From Ruditapes philippinarum (Eukaryota): DNA of 64,000 nt. Numbering within the stretch: position 1 is the stretch's first letter; each line of letters starts with the position of its first letter. Shown here piece after piece: positions 1-12,810 of this stretch. The stretch lies in contig NW_026860174.1 of assembly GCF_026571515.1 (NCBI RefSeq), forward strand, positions 1-64,000, read 5' to 3'. The position numbers were made by a program, and so were the translations under genes. Under the pieces are notes generated by a model. That model saw nothing but the letters and a program-made list of their open reading frames with translations, was not told the DNA's origin and did not search any database.

Positions 1-1612
1 ATTTTTCTCTATATTTTTATGTGAATGTGATATTGTGACAAAGTGTAACTTCAATCTAGGTCATGCTAGGACTTTTAATTTGGTCTCATTTTGTAACTAT
101 TATAGAAATACTATATACCTGTACCCCCTTTCATGGGGTCACATTTCTTTATTTTTTGTCTATTTTGGGTTATTCTGACAGGGGCGGCCTTTTCTCTATA
201 TTTTCATGGGAATGTGATATTGTGACAAATGTTACTTCCATCTAGGTCAAGCTAGGACTTTAAATTTGGTCTCATTTTGTAGATATTATATATAACTACA
301 TACCTGTACCCCCTTTCATGGGGTCACATTTCTTTATTTTTTGTCTATTTTGGGTTAATCTGACAGGGGCGGCCTTTTCTCTTTATTATCATGGGAATGT
401 GATATTGTGACAAATGTTACTTCCATCTAGGTCAAACTAGGACTTTAAATTTGGTCTCATTTTGTAACAATTATATAGGACTATATACCTGTACCCCCTT
501 TCATGGGGTCACATTTCTTTATTTTTTGTCTATTTTGGGTTAATCTGACAGGGGCGGCCTTTTCTCTTTATTTTCATGGGAATGTGATATTGTGACAGAG
601 TGTTACTTCCATCTAGGTCAAGCTAGGACTTTAAATTTGGTCTCATTTTGTAGATATTAGAGAGTACTACATACCTGTACCCCCTTTCATGGGGTCACAT
701 TTCTTTATTTTTCGTCTATTTTGTGTCATACTGACAGGGGCGGCCTTTTCTCTATATTTTTATGTGAATGTGATATTGTGACAAAGTTTAACTTCCATCT
801 TGGTCATGCTAGGACTTTTAATTTGGTCTCATTTTGAAGCTAATATATAGTTCTACATACCTGTACCCCTTTTTATGGGGTCACATTCTTTATTATTTGT
901 CTCTATTGGGTTAATCTGACAGGGGCGGCCTTTTCTCTTTATTTTCATGGGAATGTGATATTGTGACAAAGTGTAACTTCCATTTAGGTCAAGCTAGGAC
1001 TTTAAATTTGGTCTCATTTTGTAACTATTATAGAATACTATATGGGGTCACATTTCTTTTTTTTTTGTCTATTTTGGGTTAATCTGACAGGGGCGGCCTT
1101 TTCTCTATATTTTCATGGGAATGTGATATTGTGACAGAGTGTTACTTCCATCTAGGTCAAGCTAGGACTTTAAATTTGGTCTCATTTTGTAACTATTATA
1201 TAGGACTACATTACTGTACACCCTTTTATGGGGTCACATTTCTTTATTTTTTGTCTATTTTGGGTTATTCTGACAGGGGCGGCCTTTTCTCTTTATTTTC
1301 ATGGGAATGTGATATTGTGACAGAGTGTTACTTCCATCTAGGTCAAGCTAGGACTTTAAATTTGGTCTCATTTTGAAGCTATTATATAGTACTACATACC
1401 TGTACCCCCTTTCATGGGGTCACATTTCTTTATTTTTTGTCTATTTTGGGTCATACTGACAGGAGCTGCCTGTATACTATATTTTTATGTGAATGTGATA
1501 TTGTGACAAAGTTTAACTTCCATCTAGGTCATGCTAGAACTTTAAATTTGGTTTCATTTTGAAGCTATTGCATAGTACTACATACCTGTACCCCCTTTTA
1601 TGGGGTCACATT
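1..1612. repeat. Tandem satellite, ~185-bp monomer, ~8.5 copies visible, truncated by the window edge
   Basis: The motif GGGGCGGCCTTTTCTCT recurs at ~181, 366, 551, 736, 922, 1090 (monomer with a deletion) and 1276, with a diverged copy at ~1461. ORFs 63..245 and 1131..1376 are translations of the repeat. Confidence 0.95.
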
Positions 1613-2511
1613 TCATACATGATTGTAAACTTTAACTTGTGTTTCAACTTTTGCGAAAGATATTGTCTGTATGATTGCTTTTACATGAACCGCTTTAATT
1701 AAAATGTAAGATCATGTTTACGGTAGTATGTGATTGTGTTAAAATGAGGAATTGTTGAATAAATCTTACTGAAATTTATTGTGAGTATTTTTTGTAAACC
1801 AAAGAAGACTCCAACCCATGGTTATTGTTCTCGGGACAGTAATTAGTATACTGAGCAAGCACATTATTATAGTAACAATTGATATTTAATCCAAATGTTT
1901 ACTTAAATAAGGTGCTTTCTAATTGGATTGATAACTGATCTATTAGCAAGACAGATGATGAGATCAATGAAAAAAAACCACAGTGCATTGTGATGTTACA
2001 ATCCACCCCAGTAAATGTGTTACAAAGCAGAAATTTATAATATTAAAGACAGAGATAAATGACACATCCTATCAAGTGACTGCATGCCTAGGTGTCCGAC
2101 AAGGCCTGATATAATTATTGTCACCAAGGATACAAATTTGATTTCAATTGCTTTATTATGCATCTGCTTTAAATAGCAATACAATACAAAGCTCATTTCA
2201 ATTGCTTTATTATGCATCTGCTATAAAAAGCAATACAATACAATACAAAGCTCATTTTCATCCGATGAATGAACCGTATATTAACAAAATCAAGTTATTG
2301 ACCTAAAAATCAATAGCAGTGTTTAACCGAGAGCTTATTGGTCGATAGCTCTGTAATTCTTATGAAACATAAAAAATACAAGGACAGGTAACTCAAAGTA
2401 CTATCGTTCGCTGTTATTGGTCGTTACGTTATCGGTCGCCAGTTTGTGCTTATTCAGAGAAAGACAAAAAAAAGAAATCCTGTTTACATTATTTAATGCC
2501 ATAGACCAGTA

Positions 2512-5500
2512 ATGTGCAATGTCTTCAACGGCTATGAACTCCTTCTTTTCAAGCGATTTAATCAACACCCAGAAGAATGGATAGAATGGAGGGAGAAACT
2601 GAAAGAAAGAGAAGAACAGGGAGTGGATAGTTTCGGGGTAAAATTATTATAAACAAAACAACAGAATTGTTTACTGTTTTATGATCATTGGTGGCATTTA
2701 AAAAAGTCATATGTAAATCCTGAGCTAGTCTTGCTAAATTTATCTTTCTGCATCTGTGAAACACGTCCACATTTGTATACTTGTTTCATGTCGTGACGTA
2801 AAGTCATAAGTGATGAAGATCCTATCTGTCCTATAAACTATCAAATTAGGATTTTCTTGAACCAAATTAAAAGAGACTTTTCTAAGCAACATATTCAGCC
2901 ATTCAGATACTAAGCCTTAGGGCATGCCACTGATTGGATGAAAGGATATTTATACAGCGCAAATTTTCAGTTGTTTGTCCCTTTGTATCATGTCCTTGGG
3001 GTAATAGGACATTTCGGACCATGGACGTTTCGGACCAGACACTTCGGACCAGATTTTGGGACACTTCGGACCATATTTCGGGACATATCGGACCAGATTT
3101 TTGGACATTTCGGACCATGTGTTGGACATTTCGGACCATGAGTTAGACACTTCGGAACATTGTTTTGTCAGATTATATATATTTTGCAATATAAATGAAG
3201 AAAATTAAGGAAAAAAACAACAACAAAAACAATACAAGCAATGTTTTGGTGACACACGTTTGCAAACAATTTATTATAAATTATATACAAAAAGACATGA
3301 CAAAATATAACTTTTTTTCAGTTTGTAAGCTATATAAGTTATGAAAATGATATAAATTTTAACACTGTTATATTGCAGCCTGGACATCAAATTTTTCACA
3401 AATAATTAATCCATTTGTTTGTTGTTTATTGTTGATTTAAACCGTACTTTAATCACATTTCCAATCAAACCAATCAATTTAAATATTTGTTGTCAAATTA
3501 GGTAAAAATTACAATACATACTTCATTAATTGTGTGAAAGGTGACACAAACGAGTTCTATTTAGCAATTTAAACGTGTGAAAAACTGCACTGACAAGGAT
3601 GTCGTTGTTCTTTATTACCTGCCAGAACACAATTTAACTTGGTAAAAATTAACTCTAAATGTATATAAATCAATTTCAAAACACCCTGAAATAACAAATA
3701 ATTATAATTATATTAAAAAGGAATAAATGGTCTGTTGAAAAAAAAGTTCTGGTCCGAAGTGTCCCCATCATGGTCCGAAATGACCATATCATGGTCCGAA
3801 ATGACCATCTCATGGTCCGATATGTCCCAAAATCTGGTCCGAAATGACCAAAAAATCTGGTCCGAAGTGTCTGGTCCGAAACGTCCGTGGTCCGAAATGT
3901 CCGTAATTCGTCCTTGGGCTGTTCAAAAAGGAAACCGGATGTTTCAGCCACAAACCAAATTGGCCCCAGTGCAAAATTGGGTCCATTGACGTTTCGGCCC
4001 TTTTCCATGAGACATTTTGGCCCTACTAAAGTCTGAAGTATACTGCAATTAAAATATGACACTTTAATTCATAATTTATTATCTTTTTATCTCTTGAGCT
4101 AATTAGATATATGTTAAATAATTAATGTTTCTAAAGGTGTAACAAACAATTTAGGCACTTTAATCCTTGATTTATAAAACAAACTGCAAAAAAACCCTCT
4201 GGATTTAGAAAGTTAATAGCAGTAATTCCTTAGAAAACATAATCTATTGATCTTAATTAAACTATTTAGATAAACGTTAATATTTTTCACAAAATCTTTT
4301 CATTTTCATTTTTTAATAAACTAATTAACTGTTTACAACTTTATGCTAATTTGTAGTTAGTAATATCACAGAAAAATTCTAAAGTTTAAAAAGAAAAAAA
4401 AAAACAAAAAACAAACAAACGTTTTATTATAATTTTGATAATATTTTTCAATTATTATTGTTATTAGATAATAATAGATGCTAAATGTTCGGTTACACAA
4501 TAAATTTAACTTACCAGAATCGGCCGAATTACCGGAATTGACCGGAATCAGCTGTGAATTACAGGAATCGACCTGTAACTTTGTTATTAGTAAATTTTTT
4601 ATGTTTTTTCTTGCATTTTTATAAAATATAAACAATATCAATGATTTATAAAAAGATTTTTGTAATTTATCATAAAATCGCTTTTGATTAATTTAACAAG
4701 AGATCTAATATCGGCGAGCTACTGCCAAACTGCCCAAATCGGCGAGGCATGACCGGAATCGGTCTGTTAATTTGTAATTGATATGCTATTAATATTCCGA
4801 TTTTAAATATAGAATAGACTTAAGCTTAATGGGGCCCATTTGGAGAAAGGCCGAAAAGTCTGTGGTTGAAACGTTTTGGGTAATTTGCGGCCGAAATGAC
4901 TCGAAATCATTCAAAAATACTTGGACTCTTATCCATTTCTGGATTTCCCTTTTTTCCCCTCCAAAATCCAATTGCCACCACTTTATGTGCGCTTTCACTA
5001 TTCCCTTTAAAGTGAAAAAAACACTGTCTGAGAGGTACTTTTCCAGGAGGTATTAAAAGTATTAACTGAAACCTCACATAGCCATTTGCAATTTTGGGTC
5101 ATATTTGTAGGTCTCTTTTATAGGTCCATAATTTTATCTTATTTCAGGATGTCCATTAGACCCTTGAAATGACTCTTTGACTCTTCAAATTTCCTAAAGG
5201 CCTGATTTGACCCTCTAAATTTGGAGGGTCACATTTTGATAAAATTATAGGGGTTTGACCTTGTAATTGGCAAAACTTTAAGTCCATACTGGTCAAAATG
5301 ACCTTCAGGTTTCCATTGCTAGTGGAACCCCTTCATATTTTTTACTTAATTGTTCCAGCTTTTCCAACTTATAATGCACATGGTACATGGAATAGTATTA
5401 ATCAGTGATTCAAAATTTTAACAAATTTTAATACATCATGCAAAATTCAGAAAATGGATAGTTTCAGGTATGTTGACAACATAAAAAAAGAATTTGTATG

Positions 5501-8500
5501 TCGTTAAGGCTTTCTTTTATTATAAGATGTAAAGAATAAGCTGCTTTTTTCAGGATATTCCCAGGGAATTGTGGTACTTGTCAGTGGCATTACACCAACG
5601 CCCGAGGTACTTGTTACAACTAGTCAGGGATGAGATTGAAAAAGAAAAAAAGCATTATCTTCGGAGAACTGGAGGTATTCATATTGTTTAAATTCTTTCA
5701 GTTTTGTTCGAGCTTTATACTTTAAATTAGATTAATTGGCTTGCATTTTTTCATGCACAAAACATCTGTTGTTGAAAATTTGTGATATTCTCCAAAGTCA
5801 AAAATAAATGGAAAAAGAAAATTAATAATGTGAGTTACAAATTAGTCATTAATATTGTAACTCTTTTTTACCAATCCCTGGAAATAATTGAGATTTTACA
5901 AAAAATTATGAAATGTTAGTAATAGTGTCCACTGGACTTTTAGACTATTAAAGTTACTAATTCACTAAGGTCATGCAGCACAACGTCAATCATGATAGGG
6001 TAAAATTCATTTTAAATTACATTACATTTGACAAGGTTATCTAAAAACTAAACTTCTACAAAAGATTCAGTTGCCATCATTTTCTTTTATATACTTGAAC
6101 TGTATTTTGGATTGTGTTGTTATATTTTCAGAAACCCTTCTCACCACATACATTAATATGAATCACTTCACAGAGTTTCATCTCGACAGTATCTTCAAGT
6201 ATGGAGAAGACAACAAATTACCAAAAGAGGTTACAAATATGATATTATTGTTACTTTATCGTCTAAATTGTATATGTAGTAATGTAAGAACTGTAATGAG
6301 TATTTGGAGTCATTTGCTACAATTTTAGAAAATCCTGGCACAAGCTGACAATTATTTTAATATGTTCACGGTCTTAATCGCAATTTAAGCCGTGGTATGA
6401 TATAATATACAGTTGTTGATGATAAAAAGTTAAATAACTATGTCTATGGTAATAACTTATTTTGTAAGTTTGGCCTGAAGATAGGTTAAATATCAGATTC
6501 GCTAGGTCCATAGACTTGGACATTCACAAAAATTCTTAATACAATAACTGTTTTATTATATGACCCGTAATGACCAAGATGAAATTCTTCATAAGATATA
6601 TTTTCAAAGTTGTCTGATTTATATAAACTATTCTATTAATTATTGTTTATATTTTACAGATTTTCAAATGTGCCAATATTCGTTACCTTTCATTGAAGTT
6701 CAACTGTCTGTATGATATACCTCCGGATATAGGCCACCTCCAGAAGTTGAAATATCTTGCCCTCACAAACAACCGTCTACATGTGCAATCTATCCCTCAC
6801 ACATTAACTTTCTGTTCTAGTCTACGCACATTATTACTGGACAATAACTTACTGGATGCATTACCAGGCTTCCTCCTTCAGATGCCTAATATCGAGACCG
6901 TCCATCGGCATGGCAACCATAACTATTTCAAATCCACTTTTATGTGGTATCATACAGATGTATACTGCAGGATTATGCCGTTGACTGGAAATGTGCAGGT
7001 TTCGTGTAAAAAGCCATTCAAGCTATCATTCTGGGCCGCAAAAGCTTTGATAGGAGCTAAAAAGAACTTTTTTACAGATAAGAATGTTGCACCAGTTTTG
7101 AAGGACTATATTTGTGATGTGTATGAACAGTTCAATATTTGCCAGAACTGTACAACTGCCTGTCTCAATAATAAACCAGGTAAAGTATATTGTTACCATT
7201 TAATTACATACATATACAGTGATTTTTTAGCTGATACATGTATAACAAAGGCCTGTAAAGGGCCCCTTCCCAATGAAAAATTTCTTTAAAATCATGCACT
7301 TTTCCTCAAAATCTGCACTTACACCAGCCTTTTACATGTTCTTCCCAACTTAGTTATTTGAATGATAATTCTTCCCAAAATCTAGAGACTTAATAGGCCT
7401 CTTCCCAATTAAGTGAGAAAATCCACCAATATTTTTTCCAAAATAGGATTAAATAAAGAACAGTAAATTTAAATCATAGTTCACTAAATCGTCCTGTCAG
7501 TGTTGGTCTCTGTAACTAAGTGGTGAAAGTTTTTGACTGCTTATTATTGAGGGACAACAAACTGTACATAAATAGTTGTGCAGATCTCTTATGTTATTGG
7601 TCTCTGTGAAGAAAGTTAGTTTAATGAAAACAATAATGGATCTGTGGATTGACTTGAGGATACTAGTAGTGTTAAATTTTGTTATCAGTTGATTTGTGAA
7701 ATATAAGTTGCAGGAAAATTAACAGTAGTATGATTAATATTATTAGTATAAAGATATCCTAACAGGTTGTATGCCCTAGTATAAACAGTTGAATGAAATT
7801 ATTAACCAGACCACAAAGCTCAGATTATGGAGCAAACAATTGTTTAAACACAACCAGAATTATAGCTATTAAAACTTATAATGAGTTTTGATATAGCACA
7901 ATTCCTTTCATTGAAGAAGAAAAGATACTGATTTAGCAGCCTGGTATATATATTATAGATTAAAATTGAGCCACGTCACGACAAAACCAACATAATGGTT
8001 TTGCGACCAGCATGGATTCAGACCAGCCTGCGCATCCGCACAGTCTGATCAGGATCCATGCTGTTTGCTATCAGTTTCTCTACTTGTAATAGGGTTGGTA
8101 AGCGAACAGCATGGATCCTGATCAGACTGCGCGGATGCGCAGGCTGGTCTGGATCCATGCTGGTCGCAAACCCATTATGTTGGTTTTGTCGTGACGCGGC
8201 TTATATTATCTGAAGTTAAAAACCTGACCTTAGAAACATTTGATATTACAATTGTCTATTTAACATGTATGACACTGTGTCATTTAAATTTAATAAGATT
8301 TGAACATTTATCAAAATGAAAAAAAATAGTTATTTTCATATTATTAGAAAAATGCATTACTTTTCATTTCAGGATTCAAGGTGATTACTTTTAAGAATCC
8401 ATATTTAGGAAACACTTGTGTGCCTTTCCAGCACTGGGTGTGCTCATTTGAATGTGCCAAAGCTCTTGAAGTTCCTGCCAGACATGAACAGATAGCCAAG

Positions 8501-8734
8501 GCTCGGGAACTTGACTCAAAGTATGAACACTACGTGCACGAGTGTCAGCGTGCGTTTTATAGATGTAAACGGAAGCAGAAGGTATTGTCATGTTTGTCGC
8601 CAGATGATATAGAGAGTGTATCGGACTGTGATAGTTATATTTCGGAGCCAACGAGTCAGCTGACTGACGAGTCGGACACTACTGATGAATCCGAGTCGAT
8701 TCAGACACAACCAAAGAACTGTATTATAATGTGA
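2512..8734 (+). CDS. LRR protein, LRRC58/LRRC28-like (LRRs + putative BC-box/cullin-box + Cys cluster), with C-terminal CaaX; ~408 aa, 5 coding exons
   Basis: Hand-joined exons 2512-2637, 5554-5674, 6132-6229, 6660-7179 and 8373-8734. All introns are GT-AG with compatible phases (0,1,0,1), giving an open 1227-nt frame: MCNVFNGYELLLF...DIPRELWY...ETLLTTY...IFKCANIRYLSLKFNCLYDIPPDIGHLQKLKYLALTNNRL...LRTLLLDNNLLDALP... LRR consensus LxxLxLxxNxL is present. The C-terminal PFKLSFWAAKAL...VAPVLKDYI...CQNC...VPFQHWVCSFEC resembles the LRRC58 tail. The protein ends CIIM*. The first exon is the least certain. Confidence 0.8.
3001..3909. mobile_element. Non-autonomous DNA transposon (Mutator/MULE-like MITE) with long, internally repetitive TIRs
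   Basis: GGACATTTCGGACCA subrepeats at 3007-3160 are mirrored by TGGTCCGAAATGTCC subrepeats at 3750-3902. A 9-bp direct repeat GTCCTTGGG flanks both ends (2992-3000, 3910-3918). It lies in intron 1 of the LRR gene. Confidence 0.85.
3930..4908. mobile_element. Second MULE-like non-autonomous element, adjacent to the first
   Basis: Degenerate TIRs built of TTTCGGCCC / GGCCGAAA units (3930-4022 versus 4830-4908). Near-identical 9-bp flanks GTTCAAAAA (3921-3929) and ATTCAAAAA (4909-4917). Confidence 0.65.
7968..8202. mobile_element. Palindromic (hairpin) MITE in intron 4 of the LRR gene
   Basis: ~100-bp near-perfect inverted arms (GAGCCACGTCACGACAAAACCAACATAATGG... / ...CCATTATGTTGGTTTTGTCGTGACGCGGCTT) around a ~30-bp spacer. 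Confidence 0.9.
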
Positions 8735-9137
8735 TATTACTCTGTTATGAAAAACAAACCTAATGAAGTGTTAATATATATTTCTATTAAGGTATTAACA
8801 CCAATAAGTGGAAGTGTGTACAATTTGGTAAATTTCGTCACTTTCGGTGTTGATCTGTTTATTTACAACACGACAAGATGTTTTGTTGGTATTGATTGTT
8901 TATTTTAAGTTTATCATCTATGGACAGTAACAAAAAATATGCCATTTTTTCTTAAGCAAATATTGGTTGCAATAACTTGTTTAAATTTTTTTCCAAAGCA
9001 TAATTTTTTACAGGGTTAGGTATGGTATACATATATTATTATTGGAAACACTAGTTTCAATTTAAGATTCAGATGGGGAAATTTTGTTAATTTACACAGA
9101 CTGCATAATATTATATTACAAAATAATTTATTAACAT

Positions 9138-9484
9138 CATTTCCCTGTTACATATGCATTGGAAAATATAGATATTGGGATACTGTACTCTTCATTGTAG
9201 ATGGTAGATTTTTGTTGCATTGATTAATAACAAAAGAGAATTTCATTCTCTCGACCATATATCAGTTTGCATTTATTTAATTATAATTTCAGTTTTTCCA
9301 GAGCATAGGTATTTGTTAGCCTCATTTCCCTGTTATATTTGCATTGGAAAATATAGATATTGGGATACTGTACTTTTGTAGATGGTAGATTTTTGTTGCA
9401 TTGATTAATAACAAAAGAGAGTCTCATTCTCTTGACCATATATCAATATGCATTTATTTAGTTCCTTTTCAATTTTTTCAGAGC
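9138..9484 (+). repeat. ~185-bp direct tandem duplication downstream of the LRR gene (probable 3' UTR)
   Basis: CATTTCCCTGTTA...GCATTGGAAAATATAGATATTGGGATACTGTACT...TTTTCCAGAGC occurs at ~9138 and again at ~9323. Confidence 0.85.
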
Positions 9485-10030
9485 CAGTAACACATATTAT
9501 CTGTTTTAATTATCATATTTGTGGTTATTTTTCATTTTTTTCATTCTTGCTTTATTTTCATACATTACAGAAATAAGAAAATTGTCATGGTGCGGCTCAT
9601 ATGTTTTGTGTAAAACCACTTCATGAAAATGGTATATTTAGTAATTATTTATATTATTCATTCTTGAAAATAATACATTTTTGTCATTATACAATGTTAT
9701 ATAAGCACAAGTTTAAAAAAATTAAAGAATTAAGTTCAGTAATAATTATTATGATTATCAATTGTTTTTAAAGTTTTTTGAAGAAATGTCTGGATAATTT
9801 ATTTTGTTTTTTCTGTGAAGATATTGTATAGTTTCAAAGTACTAAAATCAAATTAGTGTCAAAAATGATAAAATTAACCAGTTCATTATTCCACTTGTCA
9901 GGTTCATAATTCCACATGTTAAGGAATGTTAAAAAAATACCTCTCAGAAATGTGAATGAATTGCTTTACTAATCAGCTGATATTATTTCTTTTATTAAAG
10001 TTGCATATTTCTATCACATCCTGTTCCTTT

Positions 10031-10318
10031 TTAGCTTGACTATTTTACACACCAGGGCGTCAGCGTTAGGCTTTGGCTCAGTTTTCGCATGTAAGTTGGT
10101 ATCTCCAAGACCACTGAAGGGAATAGGTTGGCATTTTACATTATTTGAGAGCATGATAGAAGGTCACTATACATGCCCATAAGCCAATAACTCTAACATG
10201 GATTTTGACAGAATTAAGGCCCTTTTTGAACAATTTTACATTATCAAGACTCTTGTTTAACTACATGTATCCAGCTCTGAGAATAGTCAAGCAAGCTCTC
10301 CTACCTACTGCTCTTGTT
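10031..10318 (+). mobile_element. Short Helentron-associated (HINE-like) non-autonomous element
   Basis: It starts TTAGCTTGACTATT, has the subterminal inverted copy AATAGTCAAGC at 10282-10292, and ends ...CTCTTGTT in a T-run. Confidence 0.55.
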
Positions 10319-10599
10319 TTTAAATGTAATAAATTAGTCAATTATGCTGCCATTTTCTGGCTTTATAATACATTATGTATTTGCTTGTGATAAAAAATTT
10401 GTTGTTATTTCATGTAGACTTGTATTTCATTCTATGTAATATGGTAAAGGGAACCTGTGTTAAACTTTTTTTTTAAAAATATAATGCTTCCCTTGAGTAG
10501 TTGAATACGAGTCTATCTGAAATAAGAACTTGTGTAATTATATATTTACAAAAGTGCTTTTGAATAGTGCGGAGTGTCAATTTAAAATTGACATAACAA

Positions 10600-11345
10600 T
10601 TGACATAACTACATGTTTATCATGTTGCTCCATTCTTTTCATGTTACATGTACACCACTATATTATTGTCATGTAACTATATTATTGTCATGTTACTATA
10701 TTATTGTCATGTTACATGTACATTACTATATTATTGTCATGTTATATGTACACTACCATATTATTGTCATGTTACATGTACACTACTATATTATTGTCAT
10801 GTTACATGTATACTACTATATAATTGTCATGTTACATGTACACTACTATATTATTGTCATGTTACATGTACACTACTATATTATTGTCATGTTACTATAT
10901 TATTGTCATGTTACATGTACACTACTATATTATTGTCATGTTACATGTACACTACTATATTATTGTCATGTTACTTTATTATTGTCATGTTACTATGTAC
11001 ACAACTATATTATTGTCATGTTACTATATTATTGTTCTTTTTATGTCATTCCATTCTTGTCTTGTTACTCCATTCTTTACTCCATTCTTTTCCTTTTACT
11101 CCATTCTTGTCCTGTTACTCCATTCTTTACTCCATTCTCTTACTGTTTACTCCATTTATGTCATGTTACTCCATTCTTTACCCCATTCTTGTCCTTTTAC
11201 TCCATTTATGGCATGTTACTACATTCTTTACATGTTACATTCTTTTTATGTCATTCCATTCTTGTCCTGTTACTCCATACTTGTCTTGTTACTCTATTCT
11301 TTACTCCATTGATATCATGTTACTACAAAATTGTCATGTTACTAT
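10600..11345. repeat. Minisatellite (20/30-bp units) grading into a related ~20-bp unit
   Basis: TATTGTCATGTTACATGTACACTACTATA units (10660-11030) change into CCATTCTTGTCCTGTTACT / CCATTCTTTACT units (11050-11310). The three overlapping long ORFs here are repeat artefacts. Confidence 0.92.
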
Positions 11346-11656
11346 TTTTTATTTTCTAGTGATGTTCAAATGAAACCTAAAAACATATTGAACTTTTTGT
11401 AATAACAAGAAATCCTGAATAATTCATGTTTGAGGTTTATATTTTTAGGCTTTTCATTGATATACTTTTAGTCACATTTGGTATTAACAAAAATGTAGTG
11501 AGATATTAATTTTTGAATTTTGTTTTATTTATTATATGTTTGTCAAATATTTCATGATATTTTCTCTTGAAATCCAGTAAATATTTAAGTTACACATTAG
11601 AATTTTGTATTATGGTTTCGGGATAGAAAACAAATTTTATGTTTAGCAACTTATTA

Positions 11657-12810
11657 TTAGTGCTCGCCAATTTTTTAAGCCAACCACCGACGAGGATTTT
11701 TCAAATTTTCAGGTTTCAAATCTTAATAGAACAGATTTTATATAAACTGGACGTTTTATATTATAAAACGCAAGTGGGCGGAGCTAAGTTTCGAAGAGCG
11801 CTAAAGTGCCATATACGCATGTGCAGAGATCTTGAAGTTTACTCCTCCTACTAATCAATATTTATGCATCATGTTTTTACAGTACACGCACATGTATATC
11901 GTCACTACGGCATATAATTAAAAAAAGAGGTTCATTGAAATGAAAACAGGCAAAATAACAGTTTTATTACTTATAAAACTTCAAGTCTATACCATTACTT
12001 AATACATCAGTGTACACATTTACTTATATTTCATTTTGACCTTATAAAATGCTATGAATCATGCAGGAACTCGCAAATTTGGCTCATTTATTTATATAAT
12101 TATCAGTAAGATATATATTTTTTTTTGTTTTCCAAAACGTTTTCTTCCAATGTTTCACAATTGATAAAATTTCGAAATCTTCATTGAAGAATTGACCGAG
12201 GAGATCGAAATCACCGCTATCATTTTGCGCCTCCTTATTGTCTGATTTACCTAGACAGAATGGGGGAATTAGCTATCCCGAAAATGTGTACCGCTACCGT
12301 GTTGTTGTTGTTGTTGTTGTTGTTGTTTTAAGTTTATTTTAGCTCGGCGCCGGAAATTCCATATGTCCGAGATCTCAGCGTCCATGCCGGTCCACTCTGG
12401 TAGTCTCATCGGGGACGTCTTTTTCATGCCGATCTTCCTAAGTCCTGTTCTTCGTTCGGTGGAGGAAGGACAATACCGGAAAAGCATCAAGTTCCGTGAC
12501 GGCTGCAAACAGGCGGTTGACATAAAACGGCTCTTGTTAGCGCCACCCTCCAGAGTTAGTCACGACAGGTCAACCAATCACCTCTGGTACTTAAGATGAC
12601 TTGACCTTGACCTGCCGTGTGCCTTCTCCGCGACGTGCACGCCTCTGGAGGGATTTGGAGAAGTTGCCCGCTACCGTCTTCCAAACATGGTTTATAATAT
12701 ACACATTTATGCTATCGTGTGACGTCACGCAGTGTGTTGGGCGGAAAAAAATTGGGCGGAGCACTAAGCCAAACTAAGCTACAGTCGCTTCGCAAGCTCC
12801 GCTCCTTTTT
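11657..12810. mobile_element. Non-autonomous element with (sub)terminal inverted repeats and a GC-rich internal segment (HINE-like)
   Basis: TTAGTGCTCGCCAATTTTTT at 11657 is inverted at ~12745-12767 (AAAAAAATTGGGCGGAGCACTAA), followed by a short GC-rich tail. It contains a (TTG)n microsatellite at ~12300-12327 and a GC-rich block at 12230-12690. Confidence 0.55.

Noticed and set aside
3001-3160. Short regularly spaced repeats resembling a CRISPR array
   Set aside because: The spacers are only a few bp, the array is mirrored as an inverted copy with a TSD, and the context is eukaryotic. It is a transposon TIR.
5454-5467. Alternative first exon ATGGATAGTTTCAG|GT for the LRR gene
   Set aside because: The phase-2 junction puts the next exon into a frame with a stop; the 2512-2637 exon fits in phase 0.
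10613-11373. Three long ORFs of 162-248 aa
   Set aside because: They are translations of a minisatellite in all three frames, with no domain or splice support.
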